Assembly: GCA_003990765.1 (NCBI GenBank)
Contig: RBNJ01000271.1
Location: 1 to 34,576, forward strand
Reading direction: 5' to 3'
Length of the DNA: 34,576 nt
Source of the DNA: Jimgerdemannia flammicorona
Taxonomy: Eukaryota
The position numbers were made by a program, and so were the translations under genes. This document shows, in pieces, positions 1 to 13,899 of the stretch. The notes under the pieces were generated by a model. That model was not told where the DNA came from. It saw only the letters and a program-made list of their open reading frames with translations, and did no database searches. Within the stretch, counting starts at the first letter, position 1; each line of letters starts with the position of its first letter.

Positions 1-180
1 AATGCTATGCTAAATCGGGGTATTCGATTTGGATAATGTCTAAAATTTAGACAATGTCTAAGAAATTAGACAATGTCGAAATCGAGGACTGCTAACTATA
101 AGGCTATACTACTTTGGGAATGGGTGCGATCAAGTGTCTATTCCCTATTTCCTTCTTCCAAATTCGGCTGTACCGTTACA
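1..180. mobile_element. Probable end of a younger LTR element, truncated by the window edge
   Basis: Ends ...GTACCGTTACA at 180 (reverse complement TGTAACGG, a typical LTR terminus). It retains several CpGs and abuts heavily decayed DNA. No partner LTR is visible. Confidence 0.4.
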
Positions 181-555
181 ACAGAGTAATTTAGTAGTTT
201 CCTTCTTGAGTAGCAGACAATCTCTATATAGTATATAATCTCTAAAAGTATGTGATTTCTATATAATAATATTTATGTTATATAGACAATTTGGCAGTAT
301 TTCTTAATAAACAGATTGGCAGTTTGGTAGATAACTTAGTTTTTAATAGATGATATAAGTTCTTCTTAAATCAGCAGATTTCTTAAATAACTCAGATAGT
401 ATAGATTTTTTCTGAATTGATAGACTTCTCAAATAATAATAAAGTTCTTAAGTAAAGTTATATATTAAAGACTGGCTACATTTATATGAGATTGTATTAA
501 GAGATTAGCTTCACTATAAAGTTGTATCAAATAGACTGGCTTTGTAATAAGATTC
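181..555. repeat. Heavily mutated relative of the LTR-like element at 17476-19018
   Basis: Shares blocks with ~17730-18310 in the same orientation: GTTTCCTTCTTGAGTAG, AACTCAGATAGT[A/G][T/C]AGATT, AAAGACTGGCT and AAGTTG[T/C]ATCAAA. It carries many C>T and G>A changes. Confidence 0.65.
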
Positions 556-1077
556 TAATGATGAATTTCTTTTAATATAACTAAAAGTAAGTATATGGTA
601 TATGATACTTTTAAGATATCTAAAAATCCTCTTAATAATACTTTAATGTAAATTATCATAGTAGGAGGAATACTGTACTATCTTAATTATAGTATATAAT
701 ATATTGAATCTCATTTCTAGTATAAGATATATAAGAGAACTGACTGCTTGCTAATAGGGAATATTTTTATTATTGTTTTTAATAATGTTTTTGGTAGATA
801 TATTATTGTCATTCTCAGATATAGTGTCTGGCTTCCTTAACTTTATGGAAGTCTCTAATGGAATATCAACAGACTTGTATTCACTTATATTAAATCTCTC
901 TAGAATAATTTTGGTATAAGTTTCTTATAAGAGATATATAATATATGTATTTCTATCATATATAATAGATATCTCCAAATGGAAGGATAAATTACCCATA
1001 TCTGTCATCTTGAATTCTTAGTATAGGGCTTCTTTAACTCCATTAAGTCTATTCTTGCTAGCAATAATAATGATGTC
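556..1077 (-). pseudogene. Ty1/copia reverse transcriptase, C-terminal half (decayed)
   Basis: Manual minus-strand translation gives DIIIIASK...KEALY*EFKMTDMGNLSFHLEISI, then Y*QAVSSLIYLILEMRFNI (consensus YQxAVGSLMYLxxxTRPDI), then H*SIIKRIFRYLKS (HWxAVKRIFRYLKG). Confidence 0.85.
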
Positions 1078-2055
1078 TTTCTCTCATATACTAATAAATA
1101 CTACACCACTATTGTTATAATACTAGATATATATATATAGTTCAGAGAAAAAGGAAATCAAGAATTCTATATAGATGTACCTATCTGGATTTCTACATTC
1201 TAGTCAGTGTAAGTATAATAATTAATACTAGTTTGCCAACTATCATCTACCTCTTCAGCAGTCAATCAAAATTATTTTCAACTACTATATATACCTGAGT
1301 CAGAGTTATCTAAGCTAAGAATAATGGAGATCCAAGATATAGATGACAGTGAACTCTCTAGTAATGAGGGATTCTCTATAAAGAGTAAGCAAAAGTACTC
1401 TAATATTTACTAAGAAACTTATTCTGATTTAGAGAATTATTAGGATATATATATCAGTAAGTCCTAGATAGTAATGTACAGACCATATAAGCTATACTGA
1501 AGTATATAAATATATATATATCATAACTTTCAATAAGCCAAATATATATAATGAAGCTATAACTAGTTCTGATAGTAAGAAATAGAAATGAGCCATAGAT
1601 GAAGAATATGATTTACTCATTGAAAATAGTATATGAGATCTCATACCTCTTCTACCAAATTACTAAATAATTGAATCCAAGTAGATATATAAGATAAAGT
1701 ACAATACTGATGGAAATGTAAAGTAGTATAAAGCTTATTTTGTTACTAAGAGATACTTACAGAATTATGGTATAGATTATGATCAGATATTTTTATCCAT
1801 ATTTAAGTTTATATTACTTAGAATACTTCTTGTAATTGATATGATATATAATCTTAAAATCTATTAAATAGATATAAAGACAGTATTCATGAATAGTAAT
1901 ATAGATATTGGACTATATATTTATTAACTGCAAAGATATGAAAATGGTGAGCTTGTATATAGATTATATAAGAGACTATAAAGTATCAAATAAGTAGTAT
2001 AGTTATAGAGTAAAAGGATTAATAAATATCTTCTTAATAATAGATTCACATATTG
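1078..2055 (+). pseudogene. Ty1/copia post-integrase linker plus RT N-terminal half (decayed)
   Basis: From ~1580: *K*AIDEEYDLLIENSI*DL...SK*IYKIK...YKAYFVTKRYLQNYGIDY...IY*IDIKTVFMNS...RLYKRL*SIK. These match copia motifs WxxAMxEE, KWVYKxK, KARLVAKG, QMDVKTAFLNG and LYGLKQ. The frame resumes after the gypsy insertion at 17424. Confidence 0.9.
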
Positions 2056-3545
2056 TGTAAGAGGATTACTTGTTAGAGTAACTGTTATGTAGTTCTGGAA
2101 GGGTTTTCTGGAAGTTCTGAAAGACTATTTTCTTAAGATCAAGATCAATTTCATATAGAGTACATCCTCTGTACTTATTGATTTCAAGATTAGATTGATA
2201 TCTCAACCAAAGTCCCTTTTTGGACCAGTTCTGAATGTTCAGTATTTTCTATATTTCAGGAAGTTTAAGAAACTAAGACCAGCTTAGTTGAATCAGCATA
2301 TTGCTGCAGACAATACCCAATTAGGAAATTTTATGATGGGGTTAGGAGTGGGACCTAATAGAGAGTAGATTTACTTAAGAGTGATTTATAGGTTATTAAA
2401 TAGGTTTATTTACTATTTATGATATTGCTATATTAAGAGTAGTTATATGAAGGGATATTGTGGGGAAGTGTTCAGAAGTTGTGTTCAGATTGTTCTTGTC
2501 TGAGATTCTGAGGTCTGAGAGAGGGAGTATTTATACTAATAGGAGGCTATCTAGTCTATACTAAATATGGGTATAGCACTTAGTACTTTGCTGAGTTGAA
2601 ATGTGGTCATGTAGTATAAGTGTGAACTAACATATCAAGAGATTATCCCACTGCTGAGTCAGTTTGCAGTCATGTCATACAAGGCTAATCTATTTATACT
2701 AATGACAGCTAAGCTATTTATAGATTTAGACACTGTCTAGGTAGTCTTTGATGATATCATTATTGATGACATCATCTCTAATAAAGTCTGAGCAGTTTTC
2801 TGACTTCTGATATCATCAGTTTCAAAGATATCATCACTCTTATAAAATTAAAGCTATTCTCAGTGACAGTGGTTGTACAAGAATAACAGGTCTTGGTTCT
2901 CTTTTTTTTGGGAACTGCTGGTACATTTGTAAGGACTAGCTATTCTTATCTAGGGCAAGGGCTCCCATTGTCATAGCTGGGAGTTCAAACCTCTTGGAAA
3001 TGATATTTTCAATAATCTGAGACAATTTCTAGTAGTAATATCTATCATGTAGATAGACTTGAGATTGGTTTCAACAATGTTGGCTTTCTTGAGTTTCAGA
3101 TAAAATATCTGTCATTCTTCAATAGAGATAATACAGATAGAGTAAATAGAGTTGTTCAAATGCATTTTGCTGTTGCTAAGTAATAAGGTCTTGTATAGTT
3201 GCAGTGTATCTTGGTCTTGAGTTGATAAGTATGGTTTGTGAATCTTTGATAGATGAGATAGAGTTCTTCTCATTCCAGTTTGAGTTTAGTACTTCAGTTT
3301 CCTTTTATAATAGTACAGTATACTAAGACTGATTATCTTAATGAGTAGAGATTCAGGGTCAGTCTTATGGTTGTAGTACTTCTTTTGGTATTCTTGTGTC
3401 TTGAAGTAAGTTCTCATGCTTGCTGATATATTTTGCATAACCAGGTGATCTTTTCAGTAACTTGTTTTGTAATCTTATATGTGGTTTCTGAATTGGTTCT
3501 GAGGGTGATATGTGATTTCAGTGGCTTAGAGATTATATACTTACA
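2056..3545 (-). repeat. Gypsy 3' LTR
   Basis: Termini TGTAAG...CTTACA. Collinear with 15938-17423. Minus-strand TATAAATA at 2528-2535. Confidence 0.95.
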
Positions 3546-3558
3546 ACTCTCCCCTTCC
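3546..3558 (-). promoter_or_regulatory. Polypurine tract of the gypsy element
   Basis: GGAAGGGGAGAGT lies immediately before the 3' LTR on the minus strand. Confidence 0.85.
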
Positions 3559-4014
3559 TAGCTTTTGATGTCCTCATTGAGCTCTTCTAATATTGGTCTA
3601 GTATTATTATACTGTTTGGATGATCAAAAGTCTAGTAATATCCATTTTTCTCAGAAAGTGGCATGCTTGTAGTACAGTTGCCTAATATATTGGATTCATA
3701 TATTAAAGAGTCACATGTTTGATGCTATGTGCCAGAAGTGATTCTGACATCATTCACTGCTGGAGAATTTCCTCTAAGGAATCTTCTTAAATGTCTATAC
3801 CTCATTTCCCACCAGTGATACAGAGAGAATAGGCTGGCTTTCAGTTTTACTATTTTTCTAAAGAGTCAGTATTCTTCTGTCTTGGCTTTGCTGAGTTCTT
3901 GATTTTATTCATAATAATTATAAGGGTACTTAATATTTGGGAGAGGTAATATATGATAGATACTGGAGTGTTCAGTCTAAGTTGTTCAAAAAATCATATT
4001 CTTGAACTAGGTTA

Positions 4015-4157
4015 GTAGTATTCTGAAGATTGGTCTTGGGTTCCTTCCTATATTGTATTATAAATTAGATAACCTTTCTATTTGACAAGGTATTCTAGAT
4101 AATTCTTGTAGCCAAATATGTTGAGGATTTGTTCAACTTCATATTCTTCTGTAATAT
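4015..4157 (-). pseudogene. Chromodomain at the integrase C-terminus
   Basis: EEYEVEQILN...EYLVK*KGY...T-I*E...NLQN matches chromodomain YEVExI...YLVKWKGY...TWEP..NL. It is in frame with integrase across the LINE insertion (PLIYVT|EEYEVE). Confidence 0.85.
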
Positions 4158-4319
4158 TCAGGTTATACAACCTTTGGGTAACACTCACAATATTATTTTT
4201 GGAGAAAAGAGACTAGTAATATGGTTACTGACAGACATTCTGAGATATATACTAAGCAGGGTGGCTCAAGTGCATTCAACTGGCAGCATGTGGAGAGGGG
4301 TCCTGGCTTGGGGGGAAGC

Positions 4320-6230
4320 ATGAGGGGTCTGCTAGTGAGAGGATATATGTAGAAGGAGAGGGAGCTGAGTTGGTGGACAGAAGATAGGAAGAGTAAGCTT
4401 TACAGATATAGTGAAGGGGGAACAGCTGGCATCTGAGCTGGAGGGCTGGCTGAGGAAGGGTAAGGAGGCAGTGAAGACTGCAGGGTATGGATGAGCAGCT
4501 CTTAGTAGTGGAGGCAGTGGAGCTAGGGGTATAGGGGCTGAGGTGAGCATGATGGCTGATGGCAATAAGACTGTCAATCTGGAAAAAAATCCAGATGTAA
4601 CTACTGATGGTAGGGCTGAGAGGATGGGTCTTAGATAGATAGGGGATCTGGTGGATGGTATGTATAATAGACCTAGCAGTGGCCTTGTTACTCAAGAGGT
4701 TGATCTTAGAGTTCATAGTTACTTTGTGCTTCCAGGGCTTAGCAGTAATGGTAAAAATGGAGCTGGGACTGATTGCTAAGCAGGTGGCTAGAGCAGTATC
4801 CATGAAGTTTCTGAAGGGTTTAGAAGGAGTAAAGGTGGGCTTTGAGGAGACTGGGCCACTGGAGAATGCACTGAAGACTGGGCTGACTGTTGGGAAGGTG
4901 TGCATCCCAATGGCACACTGCTTGAGATAGGACCCCAGGGTGGTGCAACTGCTGGTAAAAGGGGTGCCCATGGTAATTGCTGTGGAGATGAAGAGGAGAG
5001 TTGTAGAAGTCATGGCCAAGTATAGAGAGGTGATGGATATTGGGTTCTGGGTCTGAGAAGGGATCTCATTTAGGACCAGAGATATTGATATCAGGATTTG
5101 GTTAGCAGGGAGGGAAGCTACCAGGAAGGCTAGAGACTGACCCTCAGTGATGGTCTGGGGGACATTCTTGTGCAAATTAATGAGGGTGAAGAGGAGTAAG
5201 AAGGAGGAAGAGGATTTGTTGGAGGCACTAAAGGAGCTGAGTAGTGTAGTGGAGCAGAGGGTGAAGGCATGGAAGATATATATGAATTGATACATTTGGA
5301 GGTAGTAGATAGGAAGCAGATCTAAGTAGATAAGGGACTGTAGGAAAGATCCCAGAGATACAAGAGATAGAGAGAGCTGCTGGTAAGCCTGGAGAGTAGG
5401 GCAAAGAAGGATGCTAGTGAAATTGAGGATGAAAGAGATACCAAAGTGAATGTCTGAGCTAGTGAGGATAGAGGGAATGTGGGGAAGGGACAAGGAGAGG
5501 ACAAAGAGGTGACTGATAATGACTCATATGCAGATAGTACATTTGAGGTCTGGGAGGACTTCCCTACTCCTACTTCTCTTATCAGGTGAGATCCAGCTTC
5601 AAGGAGGGTGGTAGAGGATGTGCCCATGCAGGGGGTCCAGCAAGTACACTTTGGAGTTTCTGAGGTGATAAAAGGGAGACAAGTGGTGGCAGCTGGTGAG
5701 GATGAGCTGGTGGATATCTCTGAAGAAGAGTGGGATAAGATGGAGAGTATAGGAGCAGATATAGCAATACTGGGTAGAGGGCAGCCAGCAACTCCTGAGG
5801 GGAAGGAAGTGAGAAACCTACTGTAGATGTACCAGATAATGAACAACTTTGCAGCTGAGGAGCTGGAAGAAGTGGACCTAAGAGTAATGAGTGATGAGCA
5901 GTGGGTAAGGATCTTATATAGTAATGGAGTAGTGGAGGCATTGAAGGCAGAGATACTTGCAGTTTTTCTGAAGGAAGAAGGGTATGAGGTTGATAAGGAG
6001 AGAGAGGCTGAGTTGGCAGTTGCTGCTGGTGAGTGGGCCACCTACTGCTGGGCAGAGTATTATGGATTACAGTTCTGGCAGGAGGCCTGCCTGGAGTATC
6101 AAGAAAAAGGAGGATGGGGTAATGACTGAGCTACTGGATAGATTGGAGGCACAAGGGCTGAAGAGGAGGAGGTGTTTGCTGAATACAACCTGGACTTGGT
6201 ACAAGAGGAGATGAATATGAAGCAGTAGAG
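4320..6230 (+). pseudogene. LINE ORF1 (nucleic-acid-binding protein, broken)
   Basis: Fragmented plus-strand ORFs upstream of ORF2 (4655-4930, 5608-6129). They are conserved with copy 2 (21873-22280). Boundaries are approximate. Confidence 0.6.
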
Positions 6231-6259
6231 GATGTGCTTAATATTAAACATCTTTCCTT

Positions 6260-9200
6260 ATGAACAGTACAACCAATATTTTTTCTTTGAATGTGAATAG
6301 ACTATGGAGTTTGTTTCAATATAGGAATATTTTTGCTTGACTGAAGGGATTGGAAGCCAATCTCTTGCTTTTGCAGAATATCTGATGTGAGGATGATTTG
6401 AATAGACTAGAGTGGATGAAGGAATGGAGAGGTGAGGCAGTTTGGAAGGACAAGATTGGGATTCTAGTCCAGAGAGGCAGAGGGGAGGTATGGGATATAA
6501 GGAGTTGGAGAGACAGGCAGGTTTGGGGAGAGTGAATATGAACAGGATGGGAGCTGGTTATAGTGGGATCCTGTTATTGTCCTGCTGTGCAGAGTGAGTG
6601 TGTGGATTGGGTGAAGGGTCTTCAGGAGAGTGGGGCCCTCACAGAGGCTGGAGTGGATATACTTGGTGGGGACTTTAATATGGTCAGAGATGTACTGGTG
6701 AATAGAACTGATGAAGAGAGGGGGGCTGAGAGTAGGAGTGGAGGTCTGGAGACATAGGAGGAAGTAAAGAGGCTGAGTGTACTAGTGGATGCAGACAGGA
6801 GATTGTAGGGTAATAAGAGAGTGTATATGCACTAGGTGAGTGGACTGGGGACAAGGATTGACTAGGTTTTAATGACAAACTGCTGGGGCTTAGATGTTTG
6901 GAAGTCACTAGCAGTTGAATAGTGTCTATGGTCTGATCATTGGGGGTTACTGGGACAGGGGCATTTTGGGGGGAGTGAGGATGGGCCTGGACATTGATAT
7001 CTTAATTTCTCTTTGTTGGACAATAAGGTGCTGTAGAACAAGTAGGCTGAGGATATTTGACAGAGAGTGAAGTGTTGGATACAGTAAGGTCCTCTGGTTG
7101 ATATCAGGTAGATGAGATTGAAAGAGGCTGCTAGAGTCTATTGAGATGAGGCTGATAAGGTGGCCAGAAGACAGCCAAGGAGGATGGTGATGTGGGCTTC
7201 TGCTAGACTGGCTAGGCTTCTGAAAGATTGGGCTGATCTATTGGCCCTGGAGGGGGTGGAGGACTGGAGATTACTGCAGACAAAAAAGGAGATTGGGTGT
7301 TGTGGGAGGAGAAGGAGGCTCAGGTATAGAGTTTGGTGATATGGTTATATTGGCAGGGGCTGGAGGAAGGAGAGAGGCCCTCTAAGTTTCTCATGAGGGC
7401 CCTTCAGGCAAGGAGAGTTAAGCAGAGGTAGGAGGGGGTACTGGATGCTGATAGTCTACTGGTGCATAGTATACAAGATATTCTTGGATTCTTGAAGGAG
7501 AGGTGGAGTGGTTTGTGGAGTAAGGAGGAGGGTGGGGCTAATGCTGCTACTATTGACTATGTTTTGGAGGATTGGCATCTGTCACAAGTTGAAGGGCTGG
7601 GCAACTTGGTGATGCCAGTACAGAAGGAGGAGATTCACCAGGTTCTTGCTGCAACCACACTGGGCATAGCACCAGGGGAGAATGGTCTGCTCTAGGACTT
7701 TTGGAAGAAGATGGTGGGAGTCTCTGGAGTGCTGGGAGAGTTGATGGCACTTTGTGACTTAGTACTACAGTCAGAGAGATGGGTGGGTGAGCAAGATCTG
7801 GGGCTGGTAGTATTGCTTTATAAGAACAAAGGCAGGAGAGAGGACTGGAAGAACTGGTGGCTGATCATGCTACTGGACATAGATAGAAAGTTGATTACTA
7901 AGGTGATGGTGGCAAGACTGCAGAAGGTGGCCCAGCAGGTCTTGGGGGAGGAGTAGTGGGGTTTTGTAGGAGGCTGACTCATTAGGGATGTCACAGCTTG
8001 AGTATATGATATTATTGAGGGGGCATGAGCCTGTGGACTGGATGGGTACCTGGTTTTTCTGGATCAGAAGAAGGCATATGACTATGTTCAGTAGGTCTGA
8101 TTGGTGAAGGTATTGGATAGGATTGGCATCCCTCAGCAGTTCCAAGTGGTAATGGTCAACCTACTGGAAGAGACTAGAGCTGTGCTCATGTATAATGAGC
8201 ATCAAGGAGTGGCTTTCCCTCTGGATAGGGGTATTCTCCAGGGAGACCCACTGTCTTCTATTCTGTATACTCTTTCATTGAAGCTCTTGTTGATAGGATC
8301 TGGCAGAAGATAGTTAGGCTTTCAGTATTTGGCATTGAGTGGAAAGATGGAGCCTTTGCAGATGATATAGTGATTGGTCTGAGATCAATCACTGATGTTG
8401 AGAAACTCAAGGCAATAGTGAAGTGGTATGAGGTACATTTTGGAGCTAAACTCAATCAGTACAAGTATGAGATAATGGTGTTAGGCAATGGTCTGGTGGG
8501 AGGAGATGTCATTGGAACAATTGTCCCTGCTAGAGAGGTAGTGAGATACTTAGGTATCTATCTTTTGGTATATGGGTCAGTCTTGCTGAGAACTTGGTGA
8601 GTGCAGTAAGTTGCAATATGAAGGGAGGCCCTGTAGAGTTGGGTGACCACCACTTGTCTCTGATAGGGCATGTGTCTATTTTGAATGTCTACTGGCTTCT
8701 AAAGCTATAGTATTTGGCTTATCATCTGGACTTTTTAGCCTGGGTGATGAGGAGATTGTTGAAACTGGCCAAAGGGTATATTTGGACTGAGAGAAGAAGT
8801 CAGATTAGCTGGGAAATCTTGTCTTTGCCAGTAACTAAAGGAGGTTTTGGACTAGTTGACTTTCTGAAGAGGTTGCACTGCCTGAGAGCATGGTGGCTGA
8901 AGAGAGCAGTGGAGCTGAGAGGTGGTGGCTGGGTTCCCTTGATGAAGAAGATCTGGAAGATGAGGTCCTCGCTGAGAGGCTCTACTGGTGACTACTCTCC
9001 TTGATTGGGCTTCAGAACAATGGGCATATATAGTATAAGGGCTTCTGGTGGGGGGTAGTGGATAGGGTACACTGTATTGGAATTTGCTGGCAGAGTGATG
9101 AAGGTGAGTTGCCTTAGGGCCTAGCAATGTAGAGATGAGACCATATATTGTTAGGGGGCATTCTCTTAAATGACTTCGATATTAGTGATGGAGTCAAGTG

Positions 9201-9842
9201 CCAGAGAGAGTTAGGACAGGATCTGTGGCCTGATAGATAGCAGCTGGCAGATATCAGAAAAGAGTGAGACTGGAATGGAGCCTGTGTCTAGAGTGCTAAG
9301 GTTAGGCAGTAGTTGCTACTGAAGTATTAGGTGATCTGATAGCATATATTGCAGAGAAATATCATGCTCAACTTTCACTCAGGCCACCTTGTTGCAGGGA
9401 GTAGCTTTGACTGTGAGGAGTACTATAATGTAGAACAGGATGGGGGTTTTGTGCAGATACCAGAATATTGGCTAGGAGAGTGCAAGGTGCTTGGCAACTT
9501 CTGGCTAGCAGTTGGAAATTGATTGGGAGTTGTATATTGGAGAGATAGTGTGAGGGGTTGATGGGAGGATTTGTGAGATATATTGGTAGGGGGGGTTGGA
9601 AAGGAGTGGCTTACTTTAGATTGAGTATTAGCTGTATAAGTGGAGTTGGCAGATCACTGGTTGTTTGTTTTCAAGGATGGAAGGTGTCTAGGCTTGAGGG
9701 TGCAGCTGCTGAGATGAGAAGGGTTTATGGAGGACATCTTGACAGGCTGGTGGCTTGGTTGGGGTCTGCAAGGTGGTTGGTAGCATTATTTGGTGAAGAA
9801 AATCTATGGGCAGAGTGGGGGGAGAGTTGGGGTAGTAGGTGA
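6260..9842 (+). pseudogene. LINE ORF2: AP endonuclease plus reverse transcriptase (broken)
   Basis: Endonuclease motifs IFSLNVN, GGDFN and SDH. RT-region motifs GERPSKF, APGENG, DRKLITK, LDQKKAYD, RGILQGDPLS, AFADD, RYLG and LPVTKGGFGL. Confidence 0.92.
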
Positions 9843-9960
9843 TAAGGTGATTTTTAAGTATAAAGTTATAGAGGGAACTCCCTTAAAGGGATTGAGTAGT
9901 GGGAGGAGATACTGTAACTATATTAATAGACTGATAATAAATGGCAAAGTCCAAGAGATT

Positions 9961-10030
9961 ATAAAATAAAATAAAATAAAATAAAATAAAATAAAATAAA
10001 ATAAAATAAAATAAAATAAAATAAAATAAA
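9961..10030 (+). repeat. (TAAAA)n 3' tail of LINE copy 1
   Basis: 14 perfect pentamers, directly followed by the TSD. Confidence 0.95.
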
Positions 10031-13000
10031 GTAACATATATAAGTGGTTCTGCAGTTCAGTTTGAGAATAGCTCATCATCATTTTCATTATATTACTTGA
10101 GACATTGGACATTGAAGACTGGGTGAATCTTAATAGTATCTGGTAGCACCAATTTGTAGGAAGTTAGAGAGACTTATATAATGACTTTGAATGGTCTAAT
10201 GAATTTGCTATTCAGCTTTGTAGATAGTCTGTACTTGAGATTGTCAACTCAGTATCCTCAGATGTCTAGTAAAACTTTTTCTACAATATCAAAGATTTCT
10301 TCTCAGTAGTGCTAGTTGATATACTGTGACTATTGTTCTTGAGCTTGGAATAAGTTTTCAATTACAATCTGACTCAAATTGTATATTTGGAGTAAGAATT
10401 CTTCAATGGCTTTAACAGTAGAGGGTTCATCAGTGGTTCTGATAAGTATCAGAGAGGTGTTTGGATTTTGTTCAGTATTGGTGAAGAATGGGGCCATTCC
10501 AAGAGAGGCTTGTTTGCTGTTGTTATAGATAAACTCAACTACAGTGAGGTGTTCATGCCAATCATCTTATCTATAGGAAATATAGTTTCTTAGCATTTGT
10601 TCTAGAGTTTGGTTCATTCTTTCAGTTTGATCATCAGTTTCAGAGTGAAAGGCTGTGGATAGTGTAAGTTTTATTCCATGGTGTATATAGAGGGCTTTTT
10701 AGAAATAGCTAGTAAACTTTAGATTTTAGTTACTAACTATAATCTTAGAGAGACCATGATATTGTCAAACAAGAGTGTAGCAATTTCAGGTGCTGTTGCA
10801 GTAGTAGTAGTAGGAACAAAATGGGCCTGTTTACTAAGATAGTCTATGAAGACAACAATTGTATTTTTCTCATTCTTGGTTTGGAGTAGTTGTATAATAA
10901 AGTCTATAGAGATTTTTTTCCAATTAGTGAATAGTACTAGGATAGGGTGGAGTAGGCCAGGTTTTACTAGTGTTGAGAACTTGTTGTATTAATAGACATC
11001 ATAGGAAGTAATATAGGTCTTTAGCTAATCTACCATGTAGGACCAATAGAAGTTTCAGGAAATAACTTTATAGCATTTATCAAATCCTAAATGTCTGGCT
11101 GTAGGGGCATTATGACATTCAAATAGGATAGTCCTTCAAAGATCTTGATTGTAATCTGTTCTTGTAGTAGATAGCATTATCCTTTAGTTAGTATTAATAA
11201 TATCAGATATGCTTATCAATATTGTCACTACTCAAGATTTCTCAGAGTGCTTGAGCTTCTTTGTCATTGACACATACTGTGATAATTTATTCTATTATGA
11301 AGTTGGTAACCAAGGTGAGAGTTTGGATAACTTCTTCAATTAGTGGTCTGGAGATTACATCAGTAACAATATTCTCCTTACTAGGGTGATACTGGATTTT
11401 ATAATCAAAATTGGTGAGAACTTTCATCTATCTGGCTTGCTTTTATGAAAGGGTAGCTTGGGTCTTGATGTTGACTAATGATTTGTGGTCTCTCAGCACT
11501 GTGAAGTGTGTTCCTTTAAGATAAGATCACCATTTAATCAAAGTATCTACAATGGCTAGCATTTCCTTCTCATGGATTGTATAGTTGATTTTAGTATCAT
11601 TGAACTTATGGGAATGATAGGCCACAGGGTGTCCTTCTTGCATAAGCACTGCTCCAAGAGCTAGGTCAGAGGCATTAGTGATAACTTTATATGAGAGAGT
11701 AGAGTTTGCTGCTTGAAGTACTAGAGTGATTATTAAGGTATCCTTTAGAGCATAAAAGGCTGTATCTTGTTCAGGTCCCCAATTTACAAGATTTTTGAAG
11801 TCTTTTTCTTGCTTTGTGGTCCAAGACTGTTCTTCTTTCTTGCTATACTTAGTCATTTGGATCAGGGCAGTAGCAATCTTGGCAAAATTGGCAACAAATT
11901 GCTGGTAATAATTTGCTAGTCCCAGGAATGACTGGAGGTCCTTCAACTTCTTAGGTCTGGGCCATTTCTTGATCATAGAGATTTTGCTGGAGTCCACTTT
12001 GATTCTATTGGGCATGATAATGTATCTAAGGAATTGAATTTTCTTTAGGAAGAATTCACACTTGCTGAGTTTTGCAAAGAGTCAGTTTTCTTGGAGCTTC
12101 AGTAGTACTAGTTTAAGATATTCCAGATGTTCCTCTAGGGTTTTGCTGAAGACCAGGATGTCATCAATGTAGACAACAATAAATTTGTCTAGGTATTGGT
12201 GCAGGATGGTATTCATCAGTATCTGGAAGATTTCAGGAGCATTAGTTAAGCCAAAGGGCATAACCAAGAACTTGAAATGTCCATAGTAAGTTCAGAAGAC
12301 AGTCTTGTAGATGTCTTCTTCTTTCATGGCAATTTGCTAGTAACTATTTCATAGATTGAAAGAGCTCATAAATTGTAGATTGGTAAGTCTATCAAATATT
12401 TCATCAATTCTGGATAATGGGTAACAGTTCTTAATGGTCTGTTCATTGAGGTCATGATAATCAATGCACATTCATAGGTCTTCTTCTTTCTTGATAATAA
12501 AGAGGACTGGTGCTCCATAGGGTGATATATTGAGTCTAATGAATCCTTGTTCTAGGAGTTCATCAATTTCTTTCTTGAGTGCATTAATTTCTCTTGGAGA
12601 CATGTGATAGATTGACTTGAAGGCTGGCTTGGCATCTGGGATGGTCTTGATGGCATGGTCTACTACTCATTTAGGTGGTAGGCCTTTTGGGAGTTTCTTT
12701 GGAAATATATCTTAGAATTTCTAGAGTAAGGGTCTAACACAGCTATCAACTTTGGAAAAGTCTTCTTCAAGGTTCTTGGGTTCTCCTTTGGAAGGTCAGA
12801 TGGAGATAGCAAAGAGAGGGTATTTCTTGGCCAATTTCTTAAACTGTAGCTTATTGATGCAGGTGATCTTTGATCTAGGGTCACTAGAACTGAGTAGGTC
12901 TCTTTTATCTTACAGTTTGAAATTGTGACATCTCTTCTTAATGGTCAGAGAATGGTTTACCCAATCAATCATAAGGTTCTCCTGTTTTAACCATGGAGTT

Positions 13001-13380
13001 CCAAGGATGATTTCATTGTCAGAAAGTGGTATAATCTGAAGTGTAATATGTTCTCAGTAGTTACTAATTCAGAAAAGTAGGTTGTAGACTTCCTTACTAA
13101 TGATATGTGAGGTTCTATTAGCTGTAACAACTGCTTAAGTCTGTTGTACCAGTGATGTCAGGACCTTTAGTCTATTAGCTGTCTCTTTATTGATAAAGTT
13201 GCCTGAGGTACTACTGTCTATCATAATCTTGACAGATGCTTGATTGATAAAAGCTTGGAGTGTAAGCAGTTTGTCTGATCCAATGATAGTGATTTCAGTT
13301 GTAGGAGCTTTCCTTCTGTTAGTTCTCATTTGGGCCAGTTTATTGATACAAAAGAAGCAATTATCAATCATTTGAGAAGA
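10031..13380 (-). pseudogene. Gypsy pol: protease, RT, RNase H and integrase (broken)
   Basis: PR: IMIDSSTSGNFI (13135-13371). [12 protein letters not shown] and YIDDILVFS (12082-12267). RT/RH: LQSFLGLANYY, TNASDLALGAVLMQ and NYTIHEKEMLAIV (11527-12015). Integrase tail: KFIRPFKV...IHPVFNV (~10110-10215). Confidence 0.95.
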
Positions 13381-13899
13381 GCATATACTAATGTCATGGG
13401 AGTATCAGCCACTTGGAATAAATCTATCTTCAATTTTCTTTTAGAATTGTTCTTCCTTATTCATGATGGGTTGAGCTGGAGCCTTGTTCAATGAGCCAAA
13501 TCCTCTGGATCCTCAGATAGTAGGCAGTAGTTCAGGGACTTCCTTGACTGTCAGAGTTGATTCAATTTTTTCAAATAGGATCTGGATGATACAGAAATTA
13601 ATAGGGATCTTGAGTAGTGTCCAACTATGGTTTCAGATAAGGACAATGATTTCATCTATATAATCTTTGTCAATGACTCCTCCTCCTACTGAGAGTCCTT
13701 TCAATATTAGGCTGCTATGATAGCATATTCTTCTAATATATCCTTCAGAAATTTGAATGCTAATTCCTGTATAGACTTGCTTGACTTCTTGGTTGGAAAC
13801 TATAGCTTCTTCAGCTATATATAGATCATATCCAGCTGCTTTTTGACTTCCTTTGGTTGGGGCCTTGGCAGTTGGCCTTAACTTGACAAAGTCTAGTGT

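Larger units (their letters stand above)
4158..10030 (+). mobile_element. Full-length L1/Tx1-like non-LTR retrotransposon, copy 1 (decayed)
   Basis: ORF1, ORF2 (APE endonuclease plus RT) and a (TAAAA)n tail. 7-bp TSD GTAATAT (4151-4157) / GTAACAT (10031-10037). Removing it restores the gypsy reading frame. Confidence 0.92.

Noticed and set aside
4276..5493. 405-aa minus-strand ORF, and the 239-aa ORF at 5322-6041
   Set aside because: Antisense shadow of the purine-rich LINE ORF1. It is low-complexity (Ser/Leu/Pro), has no motifs, and is broken in LINE copy 2.
9918..10112. 64-aa ORF with (YFILF)n
   Set aside because: Antisense translation of the (TAAAA)n LINE tail.
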